A stretch of 64,000 nucleotides of DNA from Sandaracinaceae bacterium (GCA_044220955.1 JBGAQA010000004.1:61403-125402); one strand, 5' to 3'; positions 9,186 to 17,968 are shown, counted from the first letter of the stretch. Made by a program: numbers and translations. Notes: generated from the sequence alone by a model not told the origin.

Positions 9186-9329
9186 GGGGGCCTCCCCAAG
9201 CAGCGGGCGTGCCGGAATTGGCAGCGGGTTGATCCAGCGCAATTCGCGCCCTCGGGCCGCGCCAGCACGTGCCACCGGGCAACGGAGTGCACGGGGGTGT
9301 GCCCCGCGAGCACGCCCTTCGCGCTGGCG

Positions 9330-9875
9330 TCAGCGACGCTTCCCCGCCTGCGGCGTGGGCTCCTCGCCTCGTCGCAGCCACATCAGCACCATGACGATGC
9401 CTCCGGCGAAGAGGCAGACCCCCACGGCCCCCGTGAAGACCGCGGACGGCGCGCCAGACACGATGGCGAGCAGCGCACACGCGGCCGCCCACGCGCTCAG
9501 ACCGGCGCCCAGCGCCGCGCGGACGGCGAACGCGCGCCACGTCTTCGTCGTCAGCGCCGCGTGGATCCACAGCGGCACGGCCACGGCGGCGGCCGCGAGC
9601 GTCGGGATCCTCAGGCCGGCCTGGGCGAGCGTCGGCCAGGCGAGCGCGCCGAGCGCGAGCACGAGCGCACAGAGCCCGATCGCGACGACGAGCGCGGTGC
9701 CGCGGCGCGCGGTGTCGCTCTGCGAGTGGTCCCCGGCTGCGAGGCGCGCGGCCTCGCTCGACGACGCGCGCTCGCCCTCCGCGCGCACGCTGCTCTTGCG
9801 CAGGCACCTCGGGCAGCGCGCGTCGCCGCTCTCGAACGCATGCCCGCACCGGTCGCAGACGTAGCGCGCGCTCAT
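9330..9875 (-). CDS. zinc-ribbon membrane protein
   Basis: N-terminal CDRC...CPRC zinc-ribbon pattern followed by about 4 hydrophobic helices. One-nt gap from the upstream gene stop. Confidence 0.65.
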   Translation of the reverse strand: MSARYVCDRCGHAFESGDARCPRCLRKSSVRAEGERASSSEAARLAAGDHSQSDTARRGTALVVAIGLCALVLALGALAWPTLAQAGLRIPTLAAAAVAVPLWIHAALTTKTWRAFAVRAALGAGLSAWAAACALLAIVSGAPSAVFTGAVGVCLFAGGIVMVLMWLRRGEEPTPQAGKRR

Positions 9876-9876
9876 G

Positions 9877-10344
9877 TCAATGGAGCACGAGCTCGTGTGC
9901 GTCCGGCTCTCGCGCCTTCTCGGCGACCAGCAGGGGGACCATCTTGTCGAAACAAGTCGCGTCCACGCGCACGCCTCGCTCGGGCAGCCCGACCTTGGCG
10001 CCCTCGAGCTCGGGCACGAAGAGAATGGGCTGCGCCGCGCCGTCGTAGCCCAGCTGGACCAGGAGCGAGGCCTCGAAGAGGCGGCACTTCTTCTCGCAGC
10101 AGTGGAAGGCCTCCGTGACGCAATAGAACCCCTCGGCCGCCAGCGGCTCGAGCGCGGCGGCGCTGGCCTCGCTCGGCAGGGAGTGCCCGTTCGCGGAGAA
10201 GCGCGCCCGGTTTCCTTCCCAGCGCTCGGGGAGATAGAGGCCCGCGCCCGGGTTGCCGTGGTTGTGGAAGTAGACGAGGCGTCCGGCCGGGATCGGTCCG
10301 ATGGCCTCGCGGGTCCGGTACATGCCGCAGGGGGGAAGAGCCAT
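9877..10344 (-). CDS. conserved hypothetical protein
   Basis: Well-balanced composition and high GC3. No family recognised. Forms an operon with the zinc-ribbon gene. Confidence 0.65.
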   Translation of the reverse strand: MALPPCGMYRTREAIGPIPAGRLVYFHNHGNPGAGLYLPERWEGNRARFSANGHSLPSEASAAALEPLAAEGFYCVTEAFHCCEKKCRLFEASLLVQLGYDGAAQPILFVPELEGAKVGLPERGVRVDATCFDKMVPLLVAEKAREPDAHELVLH

Positions 10345-10385
10345 GCGCGGGAGGATGGGGCCGCCCGAGGAAAACGTCGATGGGG

Positions 10386-10412
10386 TGTAAGGCCGGCCGG
10401 CTCGCTCCGTTC
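10386..10412 (+). promoter_or_regulatory. ECF-type promoter candidate TGTAAG-N15-CCGTTC (copy A)
   Basis: GGTGTAAGGCCGGC...TCCGTTcTTC. Near-identical motif and identical spacing at 14642-14668. Lies 18 nt upstream of GTG 10430, with GGAGG at 10420-10424. Confidence 0.45.
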
Positions 10413-10429
10413 TTCGGGTGGAGGTGCCC

Positions 10430-11893
10430 GTGCGTCACTCCCCGGCTCTCGCGTTCGTCCTCGCCCTCTTCTCCGCCAGCGGATGCGGCGGCAGCAGCGC
10501 CTCGTACGCGCGCTTCCGCCGCGCGGCGACGGAGGGCGCGATCGTGCGCGCCGAGGAGGTGCGCGCCGCGGACTTCATCGACGTACACGCGGAAGAGGAC
10601 GCGCCGCGGCCGCCGATCGGGGCGACGAGCACGCTCCCCGTGCTGCTCGACGCGCGCCTCGGGTCCTCGACCCTCGCGGCGAGCGGCGGTCGCGCGATCG
10701 TCCAGGTCTCGATCCGCGGCGGCACATCCCTCGTGCGGGAGGCCGCCAACGTCGTGGTCGTGATCGACGTCTCCGGCTCGATGCAGGAGGACGACAAGAT
10801 CGGCGCGGTCCGCCAGGCGCTCGCGCGCTTCGTCGAAGGGCTCGACCCGCGCGATCGCATCGCGATCGTGACCTTCGCCGACGACGCCTTCGTCGCGCTG
10901 CCGCCCGCCGACGTCGGCGCGGCGCGCGCGACCATCCTCGGCGCGATCGGGGGCCTGCGCGCGTACGGCGCCACCAACCTCGGCGCGGGCCTCGAGCGCG
11001 GGCTCGCGATCGCCCAGGCGATGCAGGCGCAGACCGGCGCGCCCGTGACGCGCGTCGTGCTCCTCTCGGATGGTGTGGCGACGGTCGGGCAGACGCGGCC
11101 CGACGTGCTCGCGCGCTACGCCGATGCCGCGCGCGCGCGGACGATCGCGCTCACCACGATCGGCCTGGGCGAGCAGATCGACTTCGGGCTCCTCGAGTCC
11201 CTCGCGAACGGCGCGGGCGGCGCCTTCCACTACGTCGACCGGCCGGCGGAGGTCGAGCGCGTGTTCGGCCGCGAGCTCTCGGCGCTCACCGGGATCGCGG
11301 CGCGCGACGCGCACGTACGCGTCACGCTTCCGCCGGGCGCCGTGCTCGCGCGCAGCTACGACGAGCGGACGCGCCTCGAGGGGAACGTGCTCGACACCGC
11401 GCTCGGCGACGTGGCCGCGGACGAGGCGCTCGTGATCGTGCACGAGATCGATCTGCCGCCGGGAGCCGGCATGGTGGCGATCCCGGTCGACGTCGCGCTC
11501 GGCTCGCTCGACCGCTCGGCGGCGGCGGTCGCAGAGACCTCGCTCGTGCTCACGCAGAACGGCTCGGCCACGAGCCCGCCCCTCGACGCGTCGGTGCTCC
11601 GCAACGTCACGCTCGGGCGCATCGCGTGGTCGGTGCGCGAGGCGAGCCACCTCGTCGACCTCGGCGACTCGGTCCGGGCCGGCGGCTTCGCGCACGGCGC
11701 GCTCGCGGAGGCGCGGGCGGCACAGGCCACGCTGCGGGCGATGGGCGAGGTGGCGCGCGCTGCGTCGCTCGACGAGCCCATCGCGCTGCTCGAGCGCACG
11801 GCAGCGCTCCTGCCCGACCCGACCGCGAGCCCGGCGGCCTCCGGGGGGTGGACCGTGGCGCCGGTGAGCGCGTCGTTCGCCGGCTGGCGGTGA
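10430..11893 (+). CDS. von Willebrand factor A (vWA) domain lipoprotein
   Basis: Lipobox LALFSASGC and MIDAS motif DVSGSM. Also VLLSDGVAT and LTTIGLG blocks. GTG 10430 is preferred over 10418/10424 because of SD spacing. Confidence 0.8.
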   Translation: MRHSPALAFVLALFSASGCGGSSASYARFRRAATEGAIVRAEEVRAADFIDVHAEEDAPRPPIGATSTLPVLLDARLGSSTLAASGGRAIVQVSIRGGTSLVREAANVVVVIDVSGSMQEDDKIGAVRQALARFVEGLDPRDRIAIVTFADDAFVALPPADVGAARATILGAIGGLRAYGATNLGAGLERGLAIAQAMQAQTGAPVTRVVLLSDGVATVGQTRPDVLARYADAARARTIALTTIGLGEQIDFGLLESLANGAGGAFHYVDRPAEVERVFGRELSALTGIAARDAHVRVTLPPGAVLARSYDERTRLEGNVLDTALGDVAADEALVIVHEIDLPPGAGMVAIPVDVALGSLDRSAAAVAETSLVLTQNGSATSPPLDASVLRNVTLGRIAWSVREASHLVDLGDSVRAGGFAHGALAEARAAQATLRAMGEVARAASLDEPIALLERTAALLPDPTASPAASGGWTVAPVSASFAGWR

Positions 11894-11927
11894 GCACCTG
11901 CTTCTGGCCTATCCTCGCCCCGCACGC

Positions 11928-12533
11928 GTGGGGCCCCCGAGCACGAACGACGAGTGGGACGTCGCGCGCGAGCGCGATCTCTGCGGGCGCGCCATCGCCG
12001 GCGACGCCGCCGCGCTCCGCGCGCTGCTCGATCACTTCTCCGGACCGCTCCACGACGCCATCATCCTGCCGCGCGTGGGATCGCGCGCCGACGCGGGCGA
12101 GATCCTCGAGGACACGCTCTCGCGCGCGGTGGAGCGCATCGCCGACTTCCGCTGGGACGAGGGGCGCGGGATGTGGCCCTGGCTTCGCCGGATCGCGATC
12201 CACCGCATCGTGGACGGCGCGCGAAGGCGGAGCGCGGAGCGGCGCATGACCGAGCGCTACGAGGCCGAGGTGGCGGTGCTGCCGCCCCGCATCGAGGCGG
12301 GCGCCGAGGCGGAGCTGATCGAGGCCGAGGAGCTGCGCGCGCGGGAGGTGCGCCTGCGTGCGGCGCTCGACGCGCTGAACGAGCGCTACCGCCGCGCGAT
12401 CGAGCTGCGCATCTTCGACGATCGGAGCCGCGAGGCGTGCGCGGAGGCGCTCGGCGTGACGGTGCCGACGTTCGACGTCGTGCTCCACCGCGCGCTCGCC
12501 GCGTTGAAGAAGAGCTTCGGAGCCCTCACATGA
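11928..12533 (+). CDS. ECF-family RNA polymerase sigma factor
   Basis: Region 2-like (WPWLRRIAIHRIVDGARRR) and region 4 HTH (YRRAIELRIFDDRSREACAEALGVTVPTFDVVLHRALAALKK). Confidence 0.8.
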   Translation: MGPPSTNDEWDVARERDLCGRAIAGDAAALRALLDHFSGPLHDAIILPRVGSRADAGEILEDTLSRAVERIADFRWDEGRGMWPWLRRIAIHRIVDGARRRSAERRMTERYEAEVAVLPPRIEAGAEAELIEAEELRAREVRLRAALDALNERYRRAIELRIFDDRSREACAEALGVTVPTFDVVLHRALAALKKSFGALT

Positions 12534-12546
12534 AGAGGAGTGAGCC

Positions 12547-13026
12547 ATGAGCGCGATCGACGACGAGCCCGAGCCGACCGAGGAGGAGCTGCGCGCCGCC
12601 GCCGAGCTCGCGCGCGCGCTGGACGCGAAGCGGGACCCCGCGCCGGGCTCCGACGCGGCGTTCGCGGCCGCGCTGAAGGCGACGCGGAGACCGGAGCCGC
12701 TCGCCGGTGAGCGGAAGGCGCAGGCGATCGAGCGTGCGATGGTCCGGGGGGCGTCCGCGTCGCGGGCGCGCACGCGCAGCCGCTGGCTGGCCGCCGCGGC
12801 CGCCGTGCTGCTCGCGGCCTCGCTCCCGATCGGCTGGGCGCTGAGCGGCGTCGGCGCGCGGGAAGGGGCGGGGAGCACCGCTCCGATCGCGGCGTTCGGC
12901 GGGCCGACCGATGCGCTCTTCGCCGCGCCGTTCCCCGACGAGCAGCGCGCGAGCGAGCGCATGGATCGCATCGCGACGGCGCGCGCGCACGACTACTTCG
13001 CGGTCCTCGCGGCAGGTGCCCGATGA
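12547..13026 (+). CDS. putative anti-sigma factor (single-pass membrane protein)
   Basis: Lies immediately downstream of the ECF sigma gene. One TM helix (WLAAAAAVLLAASLPIGWAL). No zinc-binding motif, so the function rests on position only. Confidence 0.45.
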   Translation: MSAIDDEPEPTEEELRAAAELARALDAKRDPAPGSDAAFAAALKATRRPEPLAGERKAQAIERAMVRGASASRARTRSRWLAAAAAVLLAASLPIGWALSGVGAREGAGSTAPIAAFGGPTDALFAAPFPDEQRASERMDRIATARAHDYFAVLAAGAR

Positions 13027-13574
13027 GGGCGCTGGTGGTCCTCGGGGTCGGGCTCGCCGTCGCCGTCGTCGGCTGCGCGGAGCAGCGCAGCGGCGGGGCT
13101 CCGGGGAGGCCCTCGCAGGGGCTGCTCTCGGCGATCGGCACGGCGCAGGCGCTCCAGCACGAGTCCGACGAGCTCGAGGCGCGCGGCGAGCTCCCGGGCG
13201 CGATCGCGGCCGCACGGCGGATCCTCGACGTCCCCTTCCCCCCGGACGCGGCGGAGCGCGAGGACGTGCGGCTCGACGCCTACGGGCGCATCGCGGAGCT
13301 CGAGCTCGCCCGCGAGGACACGGCCGCGGCCGAGGCGCAGGCCGACGCGGGCCTGCGCGAGTCCACGCGCGACAGCTACTTCCGCGCGCGCCTGCACGTC
13401 GTGCTCGGCCGGGTGCACCAGAGCCGCGCCGCCCACCTGCGCGACACCGGAGACGCGACCGGCGCGCGCACCGAGTCGGAGGCGGCGATCGACGAGCTCG
13501 AGCGCAGCATCGCCATCAACCGCGTCGTGCTCGGCCTCACCGCCGCGCCCGACGCTCCGGGAGGAACGCCATGA
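13023..13574 (+). CDS. lipoprotein, helical/TPR-like
   Basis: Lipobox LAVAVVGC. ATGA overlaps at both ends (13023 and 13571). Confidence 0.65.
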   Translation: MRALVVLGVGLAVAVVGCAEQRSGGAPGRPSQGLLSAIGTAQALQHESDELEARGELPGAIAAARRILDVPFPPDAAEREDVRLDAYGRIAELELAREDTAAAEAQADAGLRESTRDSYFRARLHVVLGRVHQSRAAHLRDTGDATGARTESEAAIDELERSIAINRVVLGLTAAPDAPGGTP

Positions 13575-14008
13575 TCCGCTCGCTCGCTCGCTACGCTCCC
13601 TGGCTCGCCCTGCTCGTGCTCCCGTTCGTGGCCTCGTGCGGCGGCGCCTCGACGCTGCAGCGCCCCGACGCGCGGCCCGATCCGCTGCGCGAGATGGACG
13701 CGCAGGAGGCGCGCCTGCACGCCGCCGAGCAGGCGCTCGAGGAGGCCGGGCCCGCGTGCGAGCAGCGCTGCCACGCGGGCACGTCCATCTGCGACGCCGC
13801 GCGGCGGATCTGCCAGCTCGCGGACGAGCTCGGCGACGAGCGCTCTCACGGGCGCTGCGAGCGCGCCCAGTCTTCGTGCGGCGAGGCGACCACGCGCGTC
13901 TCGGAGTGCGCATGCGCGCCGGCCGACGCGGACGCCGGTCGCGCGTCGGTCGAGCGCCCCGCTCAGGGGCAGGGGTTGGCGGCGTCGTGCGCCTCGACCG
14001 AGGGGTAG
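13571..14008 (+). CDS. cysteine-containing lipoprotein
   Basis: Lipobox LPFVASCGG. ATGA overlap with the upstream gene. The last 46 nt overlap the 3' end of the convergent gene. Confidence 0.6.
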   Translation: MIRSLARYAPWLALLVLPFVASCGGASTLQRPDARPDPLREMDAQEARLHAAEQALEEAGPACEQRCHAGTSICDAARRICQLADELGDERSHGRCERAQSSCGEATTRVSECACAPADADAGRASVERPAQGQGLAASCASTEG

Positions 14009-14622
14009 TAGCCCTCGGCGAAGCGATAGACGTCGGCGCAGCCGGTCGCGGAGAGCGTCTCGTAGCCGGTGCGGTGACCGCAGTAGAGGCGCGTGACCGA
14101 GGTCGCGAAGTGCCACTCGCAGCTCGCGTCGCACGTGGCGTCCGACGCGATCGCCGCGGCGGTGTTCGGGAAGTGCGCGCCGTCCGGATCGAACGCGTAG
14201 AAGGGCGGGCAGCGAGGGGCGTCGCTCGTGAAGTGGCTGACGAAGACGTAGTCCGCGCCGCAGAGCACGACGACCTCGTCGACGGCGACGTAGCTGCACG
14301 CCGCGATGTCCGCGTCCCCGCCGGCGGCGGCGTCGTGCGTGTTGAACGCGTCGATCGTGCTGCCGGTGTCGGCGCCGCCGCCGGAGTCGCGGGCGAGCGC
14401 GGCGTCGTCCGTGGCTCCGGTGTCGCTCCCCGACGCGGCGTCGGTCCCGGCGTCGCCGGTCGTGGTCCCGGTGTCGGAGGTCGAGCCTGCGTCGATGACC
14501 GAGCCCGCGTCGCTTCCGGACGCGGCGTCGGTGCCCGGGGTCGCGCCTCCGCCGCATCCGGCGGGCAGGGCGAGCAGGGCGAGCACGAGAGAGGAGGAAA
14601 CGGCGATCGGTCTGGAAGTCAT
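13963..14622 (-). CDS. lipoprotein with D/A/G/S/T-rich linker and Cys-containing globular domain
   Basis: Start MTSRPIAVSSSLVLALLALPAGCGG (ATG 14622 verified). High GC3. Confidence 0.7.
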   Translation of the reverse strand: MTSRPIAVSSSLVLALLALPAGCGGGATPGTDAASGSDAGSVIDAGSTSDTGTTTGDAGTDAASGSDTGATDDAALARDSGGGADTGSTIDAFNTHDAAAGGDADIAACSYVAVDEVVVLCGADYVFVSHFTSDAPRCPPFYAFDPDGAHFPNTAAAIASDATCDASCEWHFATSVTRLYCGHRTGYETLSATGCADVYRFAEGYYPSVEAHDAANPCP

Positions 14623-14641
14623 ATCCCCGAGGGATGACCGG

Positions 14642-14668
14642 TGTAAGGCCGGCGCGCCACGTCCGTTG
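14642..14668 (+). promoter_or_regulatory. ECF-type promoter candidate TGTAAG-N15-CCGTTG (copy B)
   Basis: GGTGTAAGGCCGGC...TCCGTTgTTC. Same spacing as copy A. Lies 33-39 nt upstream of the barrel gene start. Confidence 0.45.
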
Positions 14669-14707
14669 TTCCCGTGACCGCGCGCAGACCGCGCGCCGGA
14701 GGTGAAC

Positions 14708-15490
14708 GTGACGCGACTGGCTCTCCCGGCCTTCTCCTTTCTTCTGTTCCCGCTGCTGCTCGGCTCGGCCGCTCCGCAGGTCGTCACCGAGCCCGCCGGC
14801 TGCCGCGACGCGACGGGCGAGCCGATCCCCTGCGCCGCGACCTCGCCGCCGCCTCCCCCCGCGCCCGCGGGCGATGCCCACACCCACCGGGGGAGCGAGG
14901 CGGGCTACGTCGATGTCTATCCGTATCTCGACGTGATCGACCTCGGCAACGTCCGCTTCACCCCGGACACTCCGCACTCGGTCCCCGAGATCGAGCGCGG
15001 CTCGCACCTCGAGGGCTTCGCGCACGACTTCGATCAGGGGATGGGCGGGATCACGCTCGGCTTCGGCTACCGGCCCGTGCCCTGGCTACGCCTCCCGGAC
15101 GCACGCTTCACGTTCGGCTACGGCGACTTCGCCGCGGGCTCGGTCGACGTGGTCGGCGGTGCGCAGGCGCTCACCGCGGCGCTCCACGACTGCTGGATGG
15201 TCCGCGCCCAGATCGGCGGCGGCGTCGACATCGACGTCGACCCGGTGCGCTTCTACGCGCTCGGCCACGTCTCGGTCGGCGGCTACTTCCTCCAGGTGGA
15301 CGTGAACGGCAGCTCGATCGGCAGCCTCGGGAGCGACACGTACTCGGCCACCTCGCTCGAGGCCGGCTGGACCGCGGGCATCGAGATGGAGCTCGACCCG
15401 GACATCGCCTACACGTTCGGCTACCGCCACGTGCACACGGGCGTCGAGCAGAACACGTTCTTCTTCGGCGTGAACATCCGCATCCGGTGA
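14708..15490 (+). CDS. outer-membrane beta-barrel protein (OmpW/porin-like)
   Basis: Signal peptide, then alternating hydrophobic strands with G/Y/F-rich ends (TFGYGDF, AYTFGYRHV, FFFGVNIRIR). GTG 14708 has better spacing from GGAGG (14697-14701) than GTG 14702. Confidence 0.6.
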   Translation: MTRLALPAFSFLLFPLLLGSAAPQVVTEPAGCRDATGEPIPCAATSPPPPPAPAGDAHTHRGSEAGYVDVYPYLDVIDLGNVRFTPDTPHSVPEIERGSHLEGFAHDFDQGMGGITLGFGYRPVPWLRLPDARFTFGYGDFAAGSVDVVGGAQALTAALHDCWMVRAQIGGGVDIDVDPVRFYALGHVSVGGYFLQVDVNGSSIGSLGSDTYSATSLEAGWTAGIEMELDPDIAYTFGYRHVHTGVEQNTFFFGVNIRIR

Positions 15491-15552
15491 GCGATCGCTC
15501 GCTCGTTTTCCTTTCTCGGGCAACGAAATCCGGCTAGATCGCTCCCGCCCCG

Positions 15553-15945
15553 ATGATCTGGCTCGTGCGCTCGGCGATGTGCGCCTTCTACCCGCGGACC
15601 GACGATCTGCCCGGCCTCGAGGACGTGGGCATCGACGCGTTCCTGGTGCAGTTCAAGCGCGAGACCACGTTCCTCATGTGGCTCGGCACGGTGCTCGGCG
15701 CGCTCGTCTATCACCTCTCGCCGCTCCTCACGATCTTCGTCCCGCTGCCGGCGCTGCTCCTCACGAAGCGCCTGCGCGACGAGCACGCGCACAAGCTCGG
15801 CGCGCACCCGATCTACCTGGTGCGGCAGACCGCGATGCTCGTGAAGCTGCCGGCGGGTCTCTGCTGGGGGCGGCACCCCGACGTGCGGAAGAAGTTCGCG
15901 CTGCCGGTGCTGCCGCCGGATCCCGACACGTGGAGGACGAGTTGA
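15553..15945 (+). CDS. small membrane protein upstream of the GMC oxidoreductase
   Basis: 130 aa with two hydrophobic segments and high GC3. Ends ...DPDTWRTS, with the TGA overlapped by a TTG. Confidence 0.6.
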   Translation: MIWLVRSAMCAFYPRTDDLPGLEDVGIDAFLVQFKRETTFLMWLGTVLGALVYHLSPLLTIFVPLPALLLTKRLRDEHAHKLGAHPIYLVRQTAMLVKLPAGLCWGRHPDVRKKFALPVLPPDPDTWRTS

Positions 15946-16046
15946 ATTGCATCGGCTCGCCTCTGCGGTCCCTCCCGTCCGCGCCCGTGCGGGCGCTCCC
16001 GTCCGGGCCCTCCGCGGCGAGCACTCCGGTGGACACGTGGAGGACG
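15925..16046 (+). repeat. pair of 15-nt direct repeats GACACGTGGAGGACG (15925-15939 and 16032-16046)
   Basis: Read directly. Each copy encodes DTWRT, contains GGAGGA, and is followed by Ser-TGA overlapped by a start codon (TTGA / GTGA). Confidence 0.9.
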
Positions 16047-16048
16047 TC

Positions 16049-17578
16049 GTGAGCCACGTCTCCTTCCGCGAGCGCGGCGAGCCGCCCTACGAGGCCGACG
16101 TCGACTACGTGGTGATCGGCAGCGGCGCGGGCGGCGCAGCGGCGGCCTCCACGCTCAGCCGCGCGGGCGCGAGCGTCGCGATCGTGGAGGCCGGCGCGTG
16201 GCGCGATCCGGGCGACTACCCGCACTCGACGTACGGCTCCTTCCGCGACCTGATGGACGACTGGGGCGCGCAGCTGGCGATGGGCCGCGCCATCTGGCCG
16301 ATCGTGCAGGCGCGCTGCATGGGCGGCACCACGGTCATCAACTCCGCCATCTGCGTGCGCACGCCCGGCGACGTGTTCGACCGCTGGGAGCGCGAGGCGG
16401 GGATCGGGGGCGCCGCGGGCGGCCGCGGCACGCTGCGCGACCGGGTGTGGGCGCACCAGGACGCGCTCGAGCGCGAGCTCTCCGTCGAGGAGGTGCCGGC
16501 GGCGGCGCGCGGACGCTCGAACGAGCTGGCGTTCCTCGGCGGCGAGCGCGCGGGCTTCCCCGAGAGCCACTACATGCGCCGCTACGTGAAGGGCTGCATC
16601 GGCTCGGGCCAGTGCCTGCAGGGCTGCCGCGCGCTCAAGAAGCAGAGCACCAACATCACGCTCGTTCCCGAGGTCGAGGCCCAGGGCCTCGTCGTCTCGT
16701 CGGCGCCGGTCGAGCGCATCGTGATCGACGGCCGGCGCGCGACCGGCGTGCGCGGTCACTTCGTGCACCCGCGTACGCGCGCGCGGGGCGCCACGTTCCA
16801 CGTGCGCGCGAAGAAGGCCGTGCTCGTCGCGGCTTCCGTCACGCACACGCCGGTGATCCTCATGGCGTCCGGCGTGAAGAGCCGAGCGCTCGGCAAGTTC
16901 TTCCGCGCGCACCCGGGCACGGGGGTCTTCGGCTGCTACGACGACCCCGTCGACCAGAACGTGGGCGCGACGCAGGGCTGGGCGTCGACGGGCTTCCGCG
17001 AGCATCCCGGCCTGAAGCTCGAGACGCTCGCGATCCCGCTCGAGCTCGTCGCGTCGCGCTTCTCGGGCGGCGGCGTCGAGCTGATGAAGCGCATCTCGCA
17101 GTACCGCCACGTCGCGATGTGGTGCCACGCCGTGCGCGCCGAGTCGGTCGGCTCGGTGAGCCGCTCGATGCTCACGGGCAAGCCCGTCGTCCGCTACGGC
17201 CTCGACCAGGCCGACATGCTGAAGTTCCGGGAGGGCATGTACCTGCTCGGCAAGCAGCACGTGGCCGCGGGCGCCAAGGAGCTGATCACGGGCATCGCGG
17301 GCTGGCCCTTCAAGACGAGGGCGGACGAGGTCGAGAAGCTCAAGGGCGCGCCGCTCGATCCGCGCGCGTACATCGCGATCCTCTCGCACCTCTTCGGCGG
17401 GGCCGTGATGGGCAGCGATCCGACGCGGGCGGTCACCGACGGCCGCGGTCGCGTGCACGGCTACGAGGGCCTCGTCGTCTGCGACGCGTCGGTCATCCCG
17501 TCGAACCTCGGGGTGAACCCGCAGCACACGATCATGGGGCTCGCCCGCACGTTCGCGGAGGATCTGCTCGAGGCGTAG
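16049..17578 (+). CDS. GMC-family FAD-dependent oxidoreductase
   Basis: FAD fold DYVVIGSGAGGAAAAS. C-terminal GMC signature region (HLFGGAVMG..., GLVVCDASVIPSNLGVNPQHTIMGLA). GTG 16049 lies 4 nt after GGAGGA; TTG 15947 is an alternative start. Confidence 0.8.
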   Translation: MSHVSFRERGEPPYEADVDYVVIGSGAGGAAAASTLSRAGASVAIVEAGAWRDPGDYPHSTYGSFRDLMDDWGAQLAMGRAIWPIVQARCMGGTTVINSAICVRTPGDVFDRWEREAGIGGAAGGRGTLRDRVWAHQDALERELSVEEVPAAARGRSNELAFLGGERAGFPESHYMRRYVKGCIGSGQCLQGCRALKKQSTNITLVPEVEAQGLVVSSAPVERIVIDGRRATGVRGHFVHPRTRARGATFHVRAKKAVLVAASVTHTPVILMASGVKSRALGKFFRAHPGTGVFGCYDDPVDQNVGATQGWASTGFREHPGLKLETLAIPLELVASRFSGGGVELMKRISQYRHVAMWCHAVRAESVGSVSRSMLTGKPVVRYGLDQADMLKFREGMYLLGKQHVAAGAKELITGIAGWPFKTRADEVEKLKGAPLDPRAYIAILSHLFGGAVMGSDPTRAVTDGRGRVHGYEGLVVCDASVIPSNLGVNPQHTIMGLARTFAEDLLEA

Positions 17579-17688
17579 GCTCGCGGGGTGCGTGAGCGGC
17601 TGCGTCTCGATGCCCACGCCGCGGGCTTCACCTCCGCGCGAGGGTCGCCGGAGGCGGATCCGGCCTTCCCGTCGGCGGTGAGCGGCGG

Positions 17689-17718
17689 TTGACGCGTTTG
17701 TGCCGCGCACTCGACAAT
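17689..17718 (+). promoter_or_regulatory. weak sigma-70-like promoter candidate TTGACG-N18-GACAAT
   Basis: The most AT-rich patch of the 385-nt intergenic region. 3/6 match at -10. Lies 60-90 nt upstream of the small ORF. Confidence 0.25.
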
Positions 17719-17776
17719 ATCGAATGCGTTCGCCGCACGCGGCCTCGTGGTCCTGCGCGCCGCGAGGGAACATGGC

Positions 17777-17968
17777 GTGAGGCTGGTCACGATCACGCCG
17801 GTCGTGGCCGAGGGGTGGCGAGGCCGATCCCAGGTCCGCGATCGCGTCCGTCGCGTCGTCGCGCTCGTTCCGCGTCCCGTCGCGGCCGCCGAGGCCGCGG
17901 GCGTCGACCTCGCAGATCTCGAGCGGATCGGTGCCAGCTTCCCCTCCGTGCGCGTCCGGCGGACATGA
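17777..17968 (+). CDS. possible small protein (63 aa) translationally coupled to the DUF3025 gene
   Basis: GC3 about 83%. AGGGA lies 7 nt before GTG 17777. Stop TGA 17966-17968 overlaps ATG 17965 (ATGA). No family recognised. Confidence 0.35.
   Translation: MRLVTITPVVAEGWRGRSQVRDRVRRVVALVPRPVAAAEAAGVDLADLERIGASFPSVRVRRT

Noticed and set aside
9199-9215. Minus-strand CGGCACG-CCCG-CTGCT with correct sigma-54 spacing upstream of the di-haem lipoprotein gene.
   Set aside because: The -12 GC is only about 15 nt from ATG 9185, so transcription would begin about 3 nt before the start codon and downstream of the well-placed GGAGG. The match also lacks the TTGC core and is easily produced by chance in GC-rich DNA.
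15947-16048. N-terminal extension of the GMC oxidoreductase from TTG 15947 (MHRLASAVPPVRARAG...).
   Set aside because: The extension is R/A/P-rich with lower GC3 (about 81%) than the alternative frame (about 92%). GTG 16049 has a GGAGGA at proper distance and sits 12 residues before the FAD-binding fold. This is not excluded; see the related finding.
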